From: Flectonema sp. DT1601 | Taxonomy: Eukaryota | Length of the DNA stretch: 64,000 nt | NCBI GenBank assembly: GCA_964019425.1 | Contig: OZ025783.1 | Span: 744,001-808,000, forward strand | Direction of reading: 5' to 3' | Shown here: positions 36,105 to 46,399 of the stretch, in pieces | Numbering within the stretch: the first letter of the stretch is position 1 | Layout of the letters: each line of letters begins with the position of its first letter | Position numbers and translations under genes: made by a program | Notes under the pieces: generated by a model | Database searches by the model: none | Told to the model about the DNA's origin: nothing | The model's input: the letters and a program-made list of their open reading frames with translations, nothing else

Positions 36105-36539
36105 TTGCACTCTATATTAATTTATGGAGCTTGTCATTTTTTTTTTTTTTTTTGAGACTCTTTCTAGTTTACCATCGGGTTACCTCTGATCTTTATTTAG
36201 AAAGTTGTTTTTAATTTCTTTTTTTTTTTTTTAATTATCTGTTTTTTTTTATTAATACTATCGTTTTTGTCAGTTTCTTGTCCTTGTGCGCTACGATTAC
36301 GCGATGGGTTTAATTTCTGAAACCTCTCCCTTCCTCATCGAAACTAGGTTTTGACCAAACCAGTTACTTTTTATTTAAGAACAATATCAAATACCCCCCT
36401 GATATATCACTGCAGTGGTTGTATTATTTTCACTCATTTAATTTATCCCCGATTTTTCACTTGCTTCGATTTAATGTAGTTTTCCCCGGTTCTTAAGTTA
36501 ATACAGTATCAATTTACCCCCAATTCTTAAGTAAGGAAA

Positions 36540-36574
<35 letters not shown>

Positions 36575-36779
36575 ATTTCGCAAATCAAATCCTTCGATTA
36601 TCAGATTCTGATTTGTGAAATTTAAATAGATTTTTTTTTTTTTTTTTTAAATTTTTTTATTTTGGGGCATAAAAGACCAAATGATTAATTTAATTGGAAT
36701 TTCATAACTTTTTTATAATATATTATTTTTAATTTTTTTTTTTATTGAATTATATTTCTCATACAGAGTGCACAACAAC

Positions 36780-37716
36780 ATGCAGGAAAACGTTCTTCTC
36801 GATGAGCAGATCCGTGACTGGGCGTTACTCCCCATCGTTATCGTGACGTTATTGTTACAAATATTGAAACACTATTCATTCTTGTTGATGAAAGAAAACA
36901 AGAAAGTCAGTGCCGAGCATCAGAGAGAACTACAAATCTTACAAAGAAGTGGATACACAAGAGGAAACAGTGGTTGGGTTCCTCAAGCTGCATTTGACGA
37001 AAGAAAAAAGAAATTCACAAACAGCAAAGACGGATATTTACATGAGAAGCCTGACAGTCAGGAAGGTAATCCGATGGCTAGCATGGCTGATCCATCTCAA
37101 ATGAAAGGAATGATGATGCAACAATTATTAGGAATTGGTCCTCATATTGGAATGATGACATGGGTGTCATACTTCTTTAGTGGATTCGTTATTGCTAAAT
37201 TACCTTTTCCTCTGACTTCTCGTTTTAGAGGAATGCTTCAAAGAGGAATGGAACACCCAACTCTTGACGTCACGTACGTTACATCAGTCTGTGGATATTT
37301 CTTAGTAATGATGGGAATTAGAGGAATAACAACTTTAATGTTGGGAGAGGCTTCTGAATTTGATGATTTCGAGCAAATGAAGAACATGTCCGGAGGTGCA
37401 ATGGGTGGAGGTGGAGGTGGTCGTGGCCGTCAACAAGTTCCAATGGCACAACTCTTCACTGCTGAGGTGGAAAACTGGGCCGAAGGTTTAACAGTTCACA
37501 ACTATCACCTTAACCGTATGCATCTTTAATTTATTTACGTTTAATTTACGTCGTTACCTTCTACTGATGTCAATAATTAAGAGGAGAAGTTGAAAGCGAC
37601 TTCGTTCATCCTTAGCAACAAGTTCCTAATAAAATAACATCTTGCTCGCAATAAGTAAAAACACAGATTCCGAACGCAACCTTCTTGCCTTAGACACAGA
37701 AGAAGTTACCTTCTAG
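36780..37716 (+). CDS. EMC3: ER membrane protein complex subunit 3; 2 exons (36780-37515, 37667-37716), 261 aa
   Basis: MQENVLLDEQIRDWALLPIVIV, WVSYFFSGFVIAKLPFPLTSRFRGMLQRG, LDVTYVTSV..YF; after splicing the C-terminus reads HNYHLNHSERNLL. Confidence 0.9.
37516..37666 (+). other. Spliceosomal intron, 151 nt
   Basis: GTATGC...TAAAAACACAG; phase 1. Confidence 0.7.
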
Positions 37717-38333
37717 GTGGTAATTATCCAGGAGGTTGTACTTCCTCTGTGGTTCACATCCGTACGAAGCGATCGGTGGACACGGGGCAAGAAGCCCTGC
37801 AGAAATATCAACTGCAGTGAGTAGCTACTTGTCATAAGTTTTGACTGCAGGCCTATGCTGCTTGAGCAACTGCCAGTGCTTCTGCTAACAGCGCGCTTAT
37901 GATGTTGGTTATCAATATTAAGCCTCCCTATCAGAGCATGAATGAAAAAAACAAAACAAAAACAAAAAAAACAACAACCGATTTGTTTTTTTTCACTCAG
38001 ACAAGAAAAACGCCGGAGGAAAAAAAAGAAAACGAAAAAAAAGTGAAAAAAAAAAAAAAAAAAAAAGAATTAGGTGACTGGCTTGTGATGAGGCGAAGAG
38101 AGAACCAAAAATATCAGTGTATTGAAAATAACAGAAAATAAAATAAAAAGAAAGTAGCATAAAAAGCCTAACTGTTGTTTAAACAATGATATTTTCCATA
38201 TTTTTTTTTCCCTTATCAGATTATTACAAATAATTATAATGCGCCTAATGATGTTGACCTGTTTAGTCTTGTAGAAGTAGCTTGCTGTAGTTTAAATTAT
38301 TTTCTTTCTCTCGATTAGTCCTCTCATCCCCAA

Positions 38334-39659
38334 ATGGCGATAGTACTCGAAGCGACGCATGACACGAAAGTCCGAACAGTCTTCGAAGAGATGGACGTGA
38401 AGAAGGTAAGAACCATCTCATTGGAGGGTTTTGTCTCATCCTTTGGCCGTTTTTCAATCGATTTCTCAACGCCTATCGTACGAGATCTTCACGAGAAAGC
38501 TGATGCAAATGGAGATGGTGTCATATCGTATTCTGAGTTTCAGGCGTTCGCAGAATGCTTTCCAACTCTTGTTGATTGTTTATATTATAGAATAAAAGAT
38601 TTTTATACGAACATTGCTCAGAAAGAATTAATTGGAAAACTGGTCGAAAGTATCAAACAACTCCGCGAGGCAGAACAACTTGCCCGCGTGGCGCATGCTG
38701 CAGCGCAACATGAGTGTGACGATGCTGATTTGAAACTTCAAAATCAATTACTTGCTGTCGAAGATGCCATAAAGAGAGAACAAGCAGCAGCAATACAATT
38801 AGAGTCAGCGAGGAATCAAACTGAACTTGCTCGCGCTGATCTCCTTCAACGTGTGAATGAATTAAATGCCGCAAAAGATGGTGAGAGGCTTGCCAACTCA
38901 GCCTTCCTGGAAGCACAGCACAACGTTGAAGCAGCAACAAGAAGGTTAACATCTCAAGAACAACAAGTAACACTCGCTGAAGAGAGGTATCGAGATATCG
39001 AAAGATTATTAAAAGAACAACAACGAGAAGTTGATAATCAGAGACTTGAAGCAGACAGACTACGAAGCGAACTAGCTCAGCATGACGCTCGTGCCCGTGA
39101 AGCCGCAGCTGTAGCACAAGAAGCTCAAAGGGCGGTTGCAGCAGCATCTGAAGCAATGTGTCAGGCAGAACTTCAAGTAGCTACCAGACAGCAGTTTGAA
39201 AGAGATGCAGCTGCTCAACACAGAGACGCTCAAGCTGATGTCACAAAACAACAAGCTCAACAAGAGATTGATTCTCGAGCTTTATTAATTGCTAAAGAGA
39301 ATGAAGCTCAACGAAGAGCTGATGTTGACGGTTGTGTCAGAGCTGTAGAGACAGGTGATCGAGACCTGCAGAATGCAGAATCAGAAGAGAGAGTATTTGT
39401 AAGTAAGAGAATGCAAGTAAATGATGAAGAACGGCCGCTTATTGATCAGGAAGTTAGACTTAGAGAACAAAGACTTCTCTTGGAATCGAAAGAAGCGAAA
39501 TTAGTGTCTGATTTCAGTAGTTTTACTGGCAGAGTTCCTCGCGTTCTTCCGACGACTCCAACTGCTGCTGCCGCTTGTCTTGCGCCGTTTTTTTCTCCGT
39601 CGAAAGTGGTTCCACAAGTTTCCCCAGCTCGATCATTACAATTACAACCTTACTATTAA
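38334..39659 (+). CDS. EF-hand plus long Ala/Gln/Glu-rich coiled-coil protein
   Basis: Canonical EF loop DANGDGVISYSEF plus a degenerate one (DVKKVRTISLEGF), then about 300 aa of coiled-coil-like sequence. Confidence 0.8.
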   Translation: MAIVLEATHDTKVRTVFEEMDVKKVRTISLEGFVSSFGRFSIDFSTPIVRDLHEKADANGDGVISYSEFQAFAECFPTLVDCLYYRIKDFYTNIAQKELIGKLVESIKQLREAEQLARVAHAAAQHECDDADLKLQNQLLAVEDAIKREQAAAIQLESARNQTELARADLLQRVNELNAAKDGERLANSAFLEAQHNVEAATRRLTSQEQQVTLAEERYRDIERLLKEQQREVDNQRLEADRLRSELAQHDARAREAAAVAQEAQRAVAAASEAMCQAELQVATRQQFERDAAAQHRDAQADVTKQQAQQEIDSRALLIAKENEAQRRADVDGCVRAVETGDRDLQNAESEERVFVSKRMQVNDEERPLIDQEVRLREQRLLLESKEAKLVSDFSSFTGRVPRVLPTTPTAAAACLAPFFSPSKVVPQVSPARSLQLQPYY

Positions 39660-40285
39660 ATACATAATGCTGTTAGGTGATTAATTTCTGAATAGATATT
39701 ACTTTGTAGAATTTTCGTTTTTATTTTTTTCTAAGCTGTATTTTTGTCGTTCCCCTTCCCCCCCTTCTATTAGCCATTCTCCAGATGCTCTATAAATGCG
39801 ATGGAGTTAGGTATTACTTTACAATTTCTAATTTTCTTTTTGTGTAATCGGTTTTCATTTCACTGTTACTCAGTAGCACTCTGTAAGGTGACGTAGCAGA
39901 GCTCGCCTCCGAAATTTTCAGAATTTAAATACTTTGAAAAAAAAAGATAAAATAGAAAAAGAATACCTTAGCAGTGGTACCCGTCAATGTGTCTCGTGTG
40001 CAAACTGTTAAGGTTTTATAGTACCTAAGCCCAGGGTAATCTCTCAGTAGCGATTATGTATATTTATGTGTGTCCTGAATAAAGAATCGTTTTCCCACAC
40101 CCTGTTGTACAATTGTTGTGACGAATTATAACAAATAATCTTATAGTATTTAGATGCGGTGTTATGTATTATTTTATGCAGGAGATGAAATGGAAAATTA
40201 GTACCCGAGATTTGCTTAGGTTACGTAGGTTAGCTAACAACTTGTTAATTTCCCCCTCAGCGCTATCCCATAACTAGAACACAAT

Positions 40286-41119
40286 ATGCCTGAGGCTAAT
40301 GAAAAGGTCCAGAAGATGTTCGATGTAGTAAACACTGAACTAACAGCGAATCTTCAAAGTTATATGGATAGCTTACCCGTACTAGCTGCAAGGTACGGAA
40401 GGTTTCTTGAAGTCACAAAGAGTTTGAATCCGAAATCAGAGAAGTGGGTGGAGTCAGCAGCACCTCTGTCTCCACTACTTAAGAGGAAAGGCTCCAATGG
40501 TTTTGGTTTAGATCGTTCACCTCTGACTGACACACCAAAGAAAGTTTCACTCTCTGTTGCACCAGAAGACGTATTGGAAGCAGCAGCAATGCAGATGAGA
40601 ACTAATCCAAAAACAATGGAATTCTTTAATGCTTTTGACGGAGTTTCAATAGCTGAAGACCTTCCAGATATTCCTGAAGACCAAAACTTAATAACAAACA
40701 TGGAAGCTTTATCAACTGAAGCATACGAACTACGAGTCCTCTTATCTGGTATTTGTGATTGGATTGAAATGCAAATGCCGGCAATAAAGGATGAAGACAA
40801 CCGAGGTGTTGCTGTACAAGAAGCAGTGATTCGTCACTTAGTCCACATGCGTGGATCAGTACAGTCGGTCAATGACAGGCAACGAGTCTACAGTGAAAGA
40901 CTGGCTGAATATGCATCAAAATACTATAAAACGCCTAGAGCAGCAAAACAATGGGCGAAACCAATAATAATTCTTCAACATGATCAGTGGGACCAGCTGG
41001 AAAGGGACTGGAGAGAACTTCGTCAACTTGTAATTCTCTCTGGTCGACTACTTTCTATAAACATGGATAAGTTAACTATCCCACGTGATAATGGTCATAA
41101 CCGTATGAATTATATGTAA
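40286..41119 (+). CDS. 11S proteasome activator (PA28/REG/PA26 family)
   Basis: Activation-loop region WIEMQMPAIKDEDNRGVAVQEAV and C-terminal NMDKLTIPR... tail. Confidence 0.8.
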   Translation: MPEANEKVQKMFDVVNTELTANLQSYMDSLPVLAARYGRFLEVTKSLNPKSEKWVESAAPLSPLLKRKGSNGFGLDRSPLTDTPKKVSLSVAPEDVLEAAAMQMRTNPKTMEFFNAFDGVSIAEDLPDIPEDQNLITNMEALSTEAYELRVLLSGICDWIEMQMPAIKDEDNRGVAVQEAVIRHLVHMRGSVQSVNDRQRVYSERLAEYASKYYKTPRAAKQWAKPIIILQHDQWDQLERDWRELRQLVILSGRLLSINMDKLTIPRDNGHNRMNYM

Positions 41120-42059
41120 TTAATTAATATCTGTTCTAGTGACTGTTTTATATGTGAGCTACTGTTAGTGTAGCTGTCCATCCGAACACAAAGTAAGAAC
41201 GTTTCCGACACGCTTGCTGACACTTTATTCTCGAGTCTATTTGGTGAGTCGATGAAATCATTTGCGCATTAGTTTTTATTTATTTATTTTTTTTTTTTCT
41301 GCGTGGCTGTTCGTCTTTTATCTCCACCAAAAGGAGGAGAAACATCAAAAAAGAATAAGCTGGTTGGAATGGATTATAAATTCCAAACGCAATTCTTAAT
41401 CTGTGCATTACCTTGTCACAGAGCAACGTGGAGTAGAAGACGAATATCTAATACAGTTCTCGATAATAAGTAATTTGAGATCCTATCCCTTTTCATTTTA
41501 GTATACTGTTCCAGTACTACCAATAGACTCATTTTATTAGTCTTCCTATTGTTGTTCTTTTTAAGTCTCCAGTGAATCTCTGGTTTGTGATGAGTTCTAT
41601 TTAGAATTTGGCTTCCTTTAATTAGCTTCGATAAAATAAGCTATACTTTGTATCTTGAAATATGGTACAAAAAAAAAAAAAAAAAAAAACAACAACAACA
41701 AAGCTGTTCTGTTTTTGCGATCATAAACGATGAGTTACGTCGTTTTTGTTTCATAACTTACCGCTGTACGGAAGTACATGTTTCTGACTTAGTTTCTTTT
41801 TTTTTCTTTCTTTCTTCTTTTTCCCTTTACTCCGAAAGAGGAAGGTCATTGGTCTGGTTATACAAGTTCGTATGCTAATATAAAATGAAGCATTGATCTC
41901 CTGTATTGTTCTGGAAATCAAGTGGTTTCCATTTGTTTGTAGTTTTTTCACCCCCCTCGCTCTCCATTAAGTGAAGTTTTTAAAAAATATTACCAATCGG
42001 GTCTTGTTGTTTTCATTTGGGTATAGTTTTTTTTTTTTAAAAACCTGGCCATTAAATAC

Positions 42060-42090
<31 letters not shown>

Positions 42091-42369
42091 TTCCTTACAC
42101 GCGCTCGTTACACAAGGCATCTGATGTAAGCAGGTTGCTTGCACATTAGTTGAGTCTGTCACAACTACTTCATTCAGTCTTATGTAGTTTTCGATTCAAC
42201 ATTTAGAATATGTCTACTTTTCACGCACGACCAGCGCTTAATCGCGCTAATTGTCCATCATGGCCGCAATAAAAAAAAAAAAAAATGATTAAAGCGAAAA
42301 CACATGTAGAATATGTTGAACGTGATTCATGTACTCACTGTTTACAATGTATTTCCCTTCAGCCACAAT

Positions 42370-43893
42370 ATGCCAGCATATCTCGGAGATGGTGTGTCTG
42401 CCAAGGAGCTGATGTCTATGGGACAAGGATTAACTTATAATGATTTCTTAGTCCTTCCAAACTACATCGACTTTGCAGCAAATGAGGTAGACCTCACCTG
42501 CCGACTGACGAAAGGAATAAGTTTAACATCACCATTTGTGTCATCACCCATGGATACTGTCACTGAGGATGCTATGGGTATTGCAATGGCACTAAATGGA
42601 GGAATTGGAATTATTCACAACAATATGAAGGCTGAAAAGCAAGCAGACTGCGTACGAAAGGTCAAGCGTTGGAGAAACGGTTTTATTTTGGAGCCACTCG
42701 TGTTGTCTCCAAACCACACAATCGCTCACATCGATGATATTAAAAATAAAATGGGATTCTGTGGAATTCCAATCACAGAAGATGGATGTACTCACGGAAA
42801 GCTTCTCGGAATTATTTGCAACAAAGATGTTGATTTTCAAGCTGACAGACAAACTCCTCTGAGAGAAGTAATGCGTCCTCGTAGTCAGTTAGTTGTTGGT
42901 AAGGCACCAACAACATTAGAACAGTCGAGGAAGACTCTTCATGAAGGAAGAGTTGGATACCTTCCTATTGTTGATGATAATGATAATTTAGTGATGTTGT
43001 GTTCTCGCATTGATACTCAGAAGTCTCGCGACTTCCCTCACTCATCCCTTGACATGAACAAACAGCTTCGCGTAGGAGCAGCAATCGGCACCCGTGAAGA
43101 TGACAAGCATCGTCTGGCTCAACTAGTTCAGGCTGGTGTAGATGTTGTTGTTCTTGACAGTAGTCAGGGAAATAGTTTGTACCAAATTGAGTTCTTAAAA
43201 TACGCAAAGAACCTCTACCCCGGACTTGAAATAATCGCCGGAAACGTTGTAACTCGCGCCCAAGCAGAAAGCCTCATCGCTGCCGGAGCTGACGGTCTTC
43301 GTGTAGGAATGGGAGCCGGCAGTATTTGTATTACTCAAGAAGTTATGGCTGTGGGTAGACCACAAGCAACAGCTATTTATCAGGTAGCGCAAGCCTGTGC
43401 TGCAAAGGGAGTGCCATTGATTGCTGATGGAGGTATTCAGAATATTGGTCATATTGCTAAGGCACTTACTCTAGGCGCTAACTGTGTCATGCTTGGATCT
43501 CTACTGGCAGGAACTTCAGAAACTCCTGGTGAGTACTTTTATAGTAACGGAACTCGTTTAAAGAAGTTTCGTGGTATGGGATCAATTGACGCTATGACTC
43601 AAGGAGGTGAGTCAGGAAAGAGATATCTTTCTGAAACTCAATCAATTCAAGTTGCACAGGGTGTTACTGGATCTGTTGTTGATAAAGGAAGTGTAATGAA
43701 GTACGTTCCTTACCTTCAAAAGGGTCTTCAGCAGTCTGCCCAAGACATTGGATTTCGCTCTTTTGATATTATCCGTCAGAAGGTCGCTGATGGTACAATC
43801 CGTTTTGACCGCCGTACTGCCTCTGCCCAGCAGGAGGGTGGTGTTCACGGACTCCACTCTTATGAAAAAACTCTTTTTGCTTCAAAATTATAA
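42370..43893 (+). CDS. IMPDH: Inosine-5'-monophosphate dehydrogenase with CBS pair and C-terminal PTS1 (-SKL)
   Basis: GLTYNDFLVLP, SSPMDTVTE, DSSQGNS, GMGAGSICITQEV (catalytic Cys), ADGGI, RGMGS, VAQGV, EGGVHGLHSYEK...ASKL. Start placed at ATG 42370, just after the acceptor-like ttcccttcAG. Confidence 0.95.
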   Translation: MPAYLGDGVSAKELMSMGQGLTYNDFLVLPNYIDFAANEVDLTCRLTKGISLTSPFVSSPMDTVTEDAMGIAMALNGGIGIIHNNMKAEKQADCVRKVKRWRNGFILEPLVLSPNHTIAHIDDIKNKMGFCGIPITEDGCTHGKLLGIICNKDVDFQADRQTPLREVMRPRSQLVVGKAPTTLEQSRKTLHEGRVGYLPIVDDNDNLVMLCSRIDTQKSRDFPHSSLDMNKQLRVGAAIGTREDDKHRLAQLVQAGVDVVVLDSSQGNSLYQIEFLKYAKNLYPGLEIIAGNVVTRAQAESLIAAGADGLRVGMGAGSICITQEVMAVGRPQATAIYQVAQACAAKGVPLIADGGIQNIGHIAKALTLGANCVMLGSLLAGTSETPGEYFYSNGTRLKKFRGMGSIDAMTQGGESGKRYLSETQSIQVAQGVTGSVVDKGSVMKYVPYLQKGLQQSAQDIGFRSFDIIRQKVADGTIRFDRRTASAQQEGGVHGLHSYEKTLFASKL

Positions 43894-44450
43894 AGAAAAA
43901 AAACAAAAGGAAAGAAAAAAACTTCAACCACGCCTATTTTCTTTTTCCCCCCAAGTGTTTTCTTCTTCTTTCCTAACTTTATTCTTTTTTTTATTTCTTA
44001 CCCACCCTGTGGTTTTTAAGTCACACTTCAGAATGACATTACAAGAAGCTTGTGACAAGTAACTAGAGCTGATTTCAGGTTCTTGTATTTACGAAGACTA
44101 TTAATATTAAATTTTAATAAACATCGAAGAGTATGACATTGTAAGGGGAAAACAGACACAATAACAATTGCCGCGCTCCTTTTTTTCTTTTTAAAGAGCC
44201 ACCCAATAACAAAGTTAAGGAAATCCTTTGCATGTGACGAGTCTTATCTGAGAGTATTCTTTAAAAATGTTTTTATGATTTTTTTTTTTATATTTTTTTT
44301 TAGGTTTGTTGACTTGTTATGTTTTGCAACCCGTTTCATCATTGCGCTTTCAGGAAAACACGCAAAGATAGGATTGTGCATAGCAATATGTTTTATTGTG
44401 GATATTCGTAGTACTAAGATTACTTTTATTCAACCTCCAGTGGACATACG

Positions 44451-45959
44451 ATGCAACTATGGATAACGTGTACAGAAGCAGAGTTTCCTGATATATCATT
44501 CACTGCGAATGTTAACTCACTAGTTGATGACGCAGTTCAAGTGGCAGCTGATGAGTGGGCGGTGATGTCTGATATTTTAGAGATTTCATTGTCGGGGTGT
44601 TTACTTCCGAGGGAACACCGATTGGCTGACTGCGGTGTGTCAGTTGAGTCGCAATTAGTTGTTTCGGTATTACAAGAATTCCCAAAATCATGGCTGACGA
44701 ATGAAGATAAAAGTAAGAAACTATCTCTTCTTCATAGAGCAGATCGAATTCTATATCTTGACACTCCGACATTCACAGATGATGGATGCTTTAATTTTAA
44801 GACGTCATTACTTCCCGACAACATTAATAGAATTTCTTTTTGTAACCCAACCCAGTCAATCACATCAATTGATAATGCTATTCTTGTAGGGTCACAAATC
44901 AGTTCTATTAGTCTGTCTGGGTTTCAACATGTAGAAAGTATTGGTGATAATTTCATGTTAGATTGTAAAGCTGTTTCAGCTATTGACCTTTCAGTCTTTC
45001 AGAAGACAACAACTATTGGAAATAATTTTCTTTGCTCTTGCCATTCCATTACACAAATCAATCTAACTTCCCTATGCAACGTTACTCATATTGGAAACTA
45101 CTTCCTCTGGCAATGCTCGTCTCTTACTACTATTAATTTGAATGGTCTGAGAAATCTTAAGACTATTGGAAGTGGGTTTTTATGTGAATGTCCATCGACT
45201 GTAAGTCTAAATTTATCTTGCCTTTCTAACGTGATGTCTACAAAAAATGATTTCTTAAATGGGTGTGGGTCGCTCTCAGTAATAAATATGTCAAGTCTTC
45301 ATAATGTTGTTACTGTTGGGAATAACTTTATGTATGCCTGCGGACTTATATCTGTTCTCGACTTGTCTTCGTTGAGTAACGTTGTAGCAATTGGAAATGA
45401 TTTTTTATGGGCATGCGAATCGCTTACAACACTAAACCTGTCAGGTCTTAAAAATGTTGTATCAGTAGGAAACGATTTCCTGTGGAGGTGTGACTCCATA
45501 GCGACACTCGATTTATCTGAATTCCAAAGTCTTACGTCTGTTGGAGATAGGTTCCTAGGGGGTTGTATTTCTCTTACGGATCTTAATTTATCTGGACTCA
45601 CAAAAGTAAAGAAAGTTGGACAATACTTCCTCTGGAGGTGCTCAGCTATAGAAACTCTAAACTTAGCTGGACTCCGAAACGCTAAATCAGTAGGAGGCTT
45701 CTTTCTTCACGCATGCGATTCTCTAAACGAACGCGGCTTATCAGGTCTCAGTAATGTCTCCCCAGTAATACTATCTTCCATTGGAGTACCTCAATACAAA
45801 CTGAGAGAGTTGAGAGCAAGATCCAGCTACCTGTTCACCTTTCTTTCTTTATTATATCATTATAGCATATTTATTTTCTTACTGCCAATTACTTTCATTT
45901 GTTGGCACTGTTCGAAGGCAAATTTTAGAGTTCCGACTTATTTCAATGACGTCGAGTAG
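44451..45959 (+). CDS. Leucine-rich repeat protein (BspA-like 24-aa repeats) with possible ubiquitin-like N-terminus and hydrophobic C-terminus
   Basis: Repeats of LxxLxxVxxIGxxFLxxCxxLxxL. The N-terminal ~75 aa ends ...LPREHRLADCGVSVESQLVV, which looks ubiquitin-like. Confidence 0.8.
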   Translation: MQLWITCTEAEFPDISFTANVNSLVDDAVQVAADEWAVMSDILEISLSGCLLPREHRLADCGVSVESQLVVSVLQEFPKSWLTNEDKSKKLSLLHRADRILYLDTPTFTDDGCFNFKTSLLPDNINRISFCNPTQSITSIDNAILVGSQISSISLSGFQHVESIGDNFMLDCKAVSAIDLSVFQKTTTIGNNFLCSCHSITQINLTSLCNVTHIGNYFLWQCSSLTTINLNGLRNLKTIGSGFLCECPSTVSLNLSCLSNVMSTKNDFLNGCGSLSVINMSSLHNVVTVGNNFMYACGLISVLDLSSLSNVVAIGNDFLWACESLTTLNLSGLKNVVSVGNDFLWRCDSIATLDLSEFQSLTSVGDRFLGGCISLTDLNLSGLTKVKKVGQYFLWRCSAIETLNLAGLRNAKSVGGFFLHACDSLNERGLSGLSNVSPVILSSIGVPQYKLRELRARSSYLFTFLSLLYHYSIFIFLLPITFICWHCSKANFRVPTYFNDVE

Positions 45960-46399
45960 CATCAAAACAGTTTATTTAATACTTATAATATATGAATAAT
46001 ATTTTACTATCCTCCTCGTAGTCTTCTCTGACTACGAAACAAACAAGCAAACAAACAAACAGTAATATAAAGATGCCCTGCCTGAAGGTACTTTTACAAA
46101 GAATTTTTCTGTCAGTGAGCATCTCAATATTTCTTTCTTCCAATTTTACTGTTTTTACACTGAGAAATATATTAAAATGACAAAAAAAAAAAAAAAAAAA
46201 AAGGAGGAACGAGTATTGAAGGGAAGGCAATGCAATATGTTTATAATGACGTCGAGCGAACTACTGCAATGCTTCTATTTGTACGAATGAGTTTGTCTCA
46301 TCGGTATTGTTATGTTACCTGCTTTGATTATGATCAGTTTCGTAGTCAGGTTTAAAATATTATTACTTCAAACAGTTGAGTTCTACAGATAGGTACAAT

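Noticed and set aside
42313..42369. N-terminal extensions in the ORF track for IMPDH (also EMC3 36768, MDR 46376, RRM 54018)
   Set aside because: They lie upstream of or across likely trans-splice acceptors, or use non-ATG starts; the downstream ATGs fit the family N-termini better.
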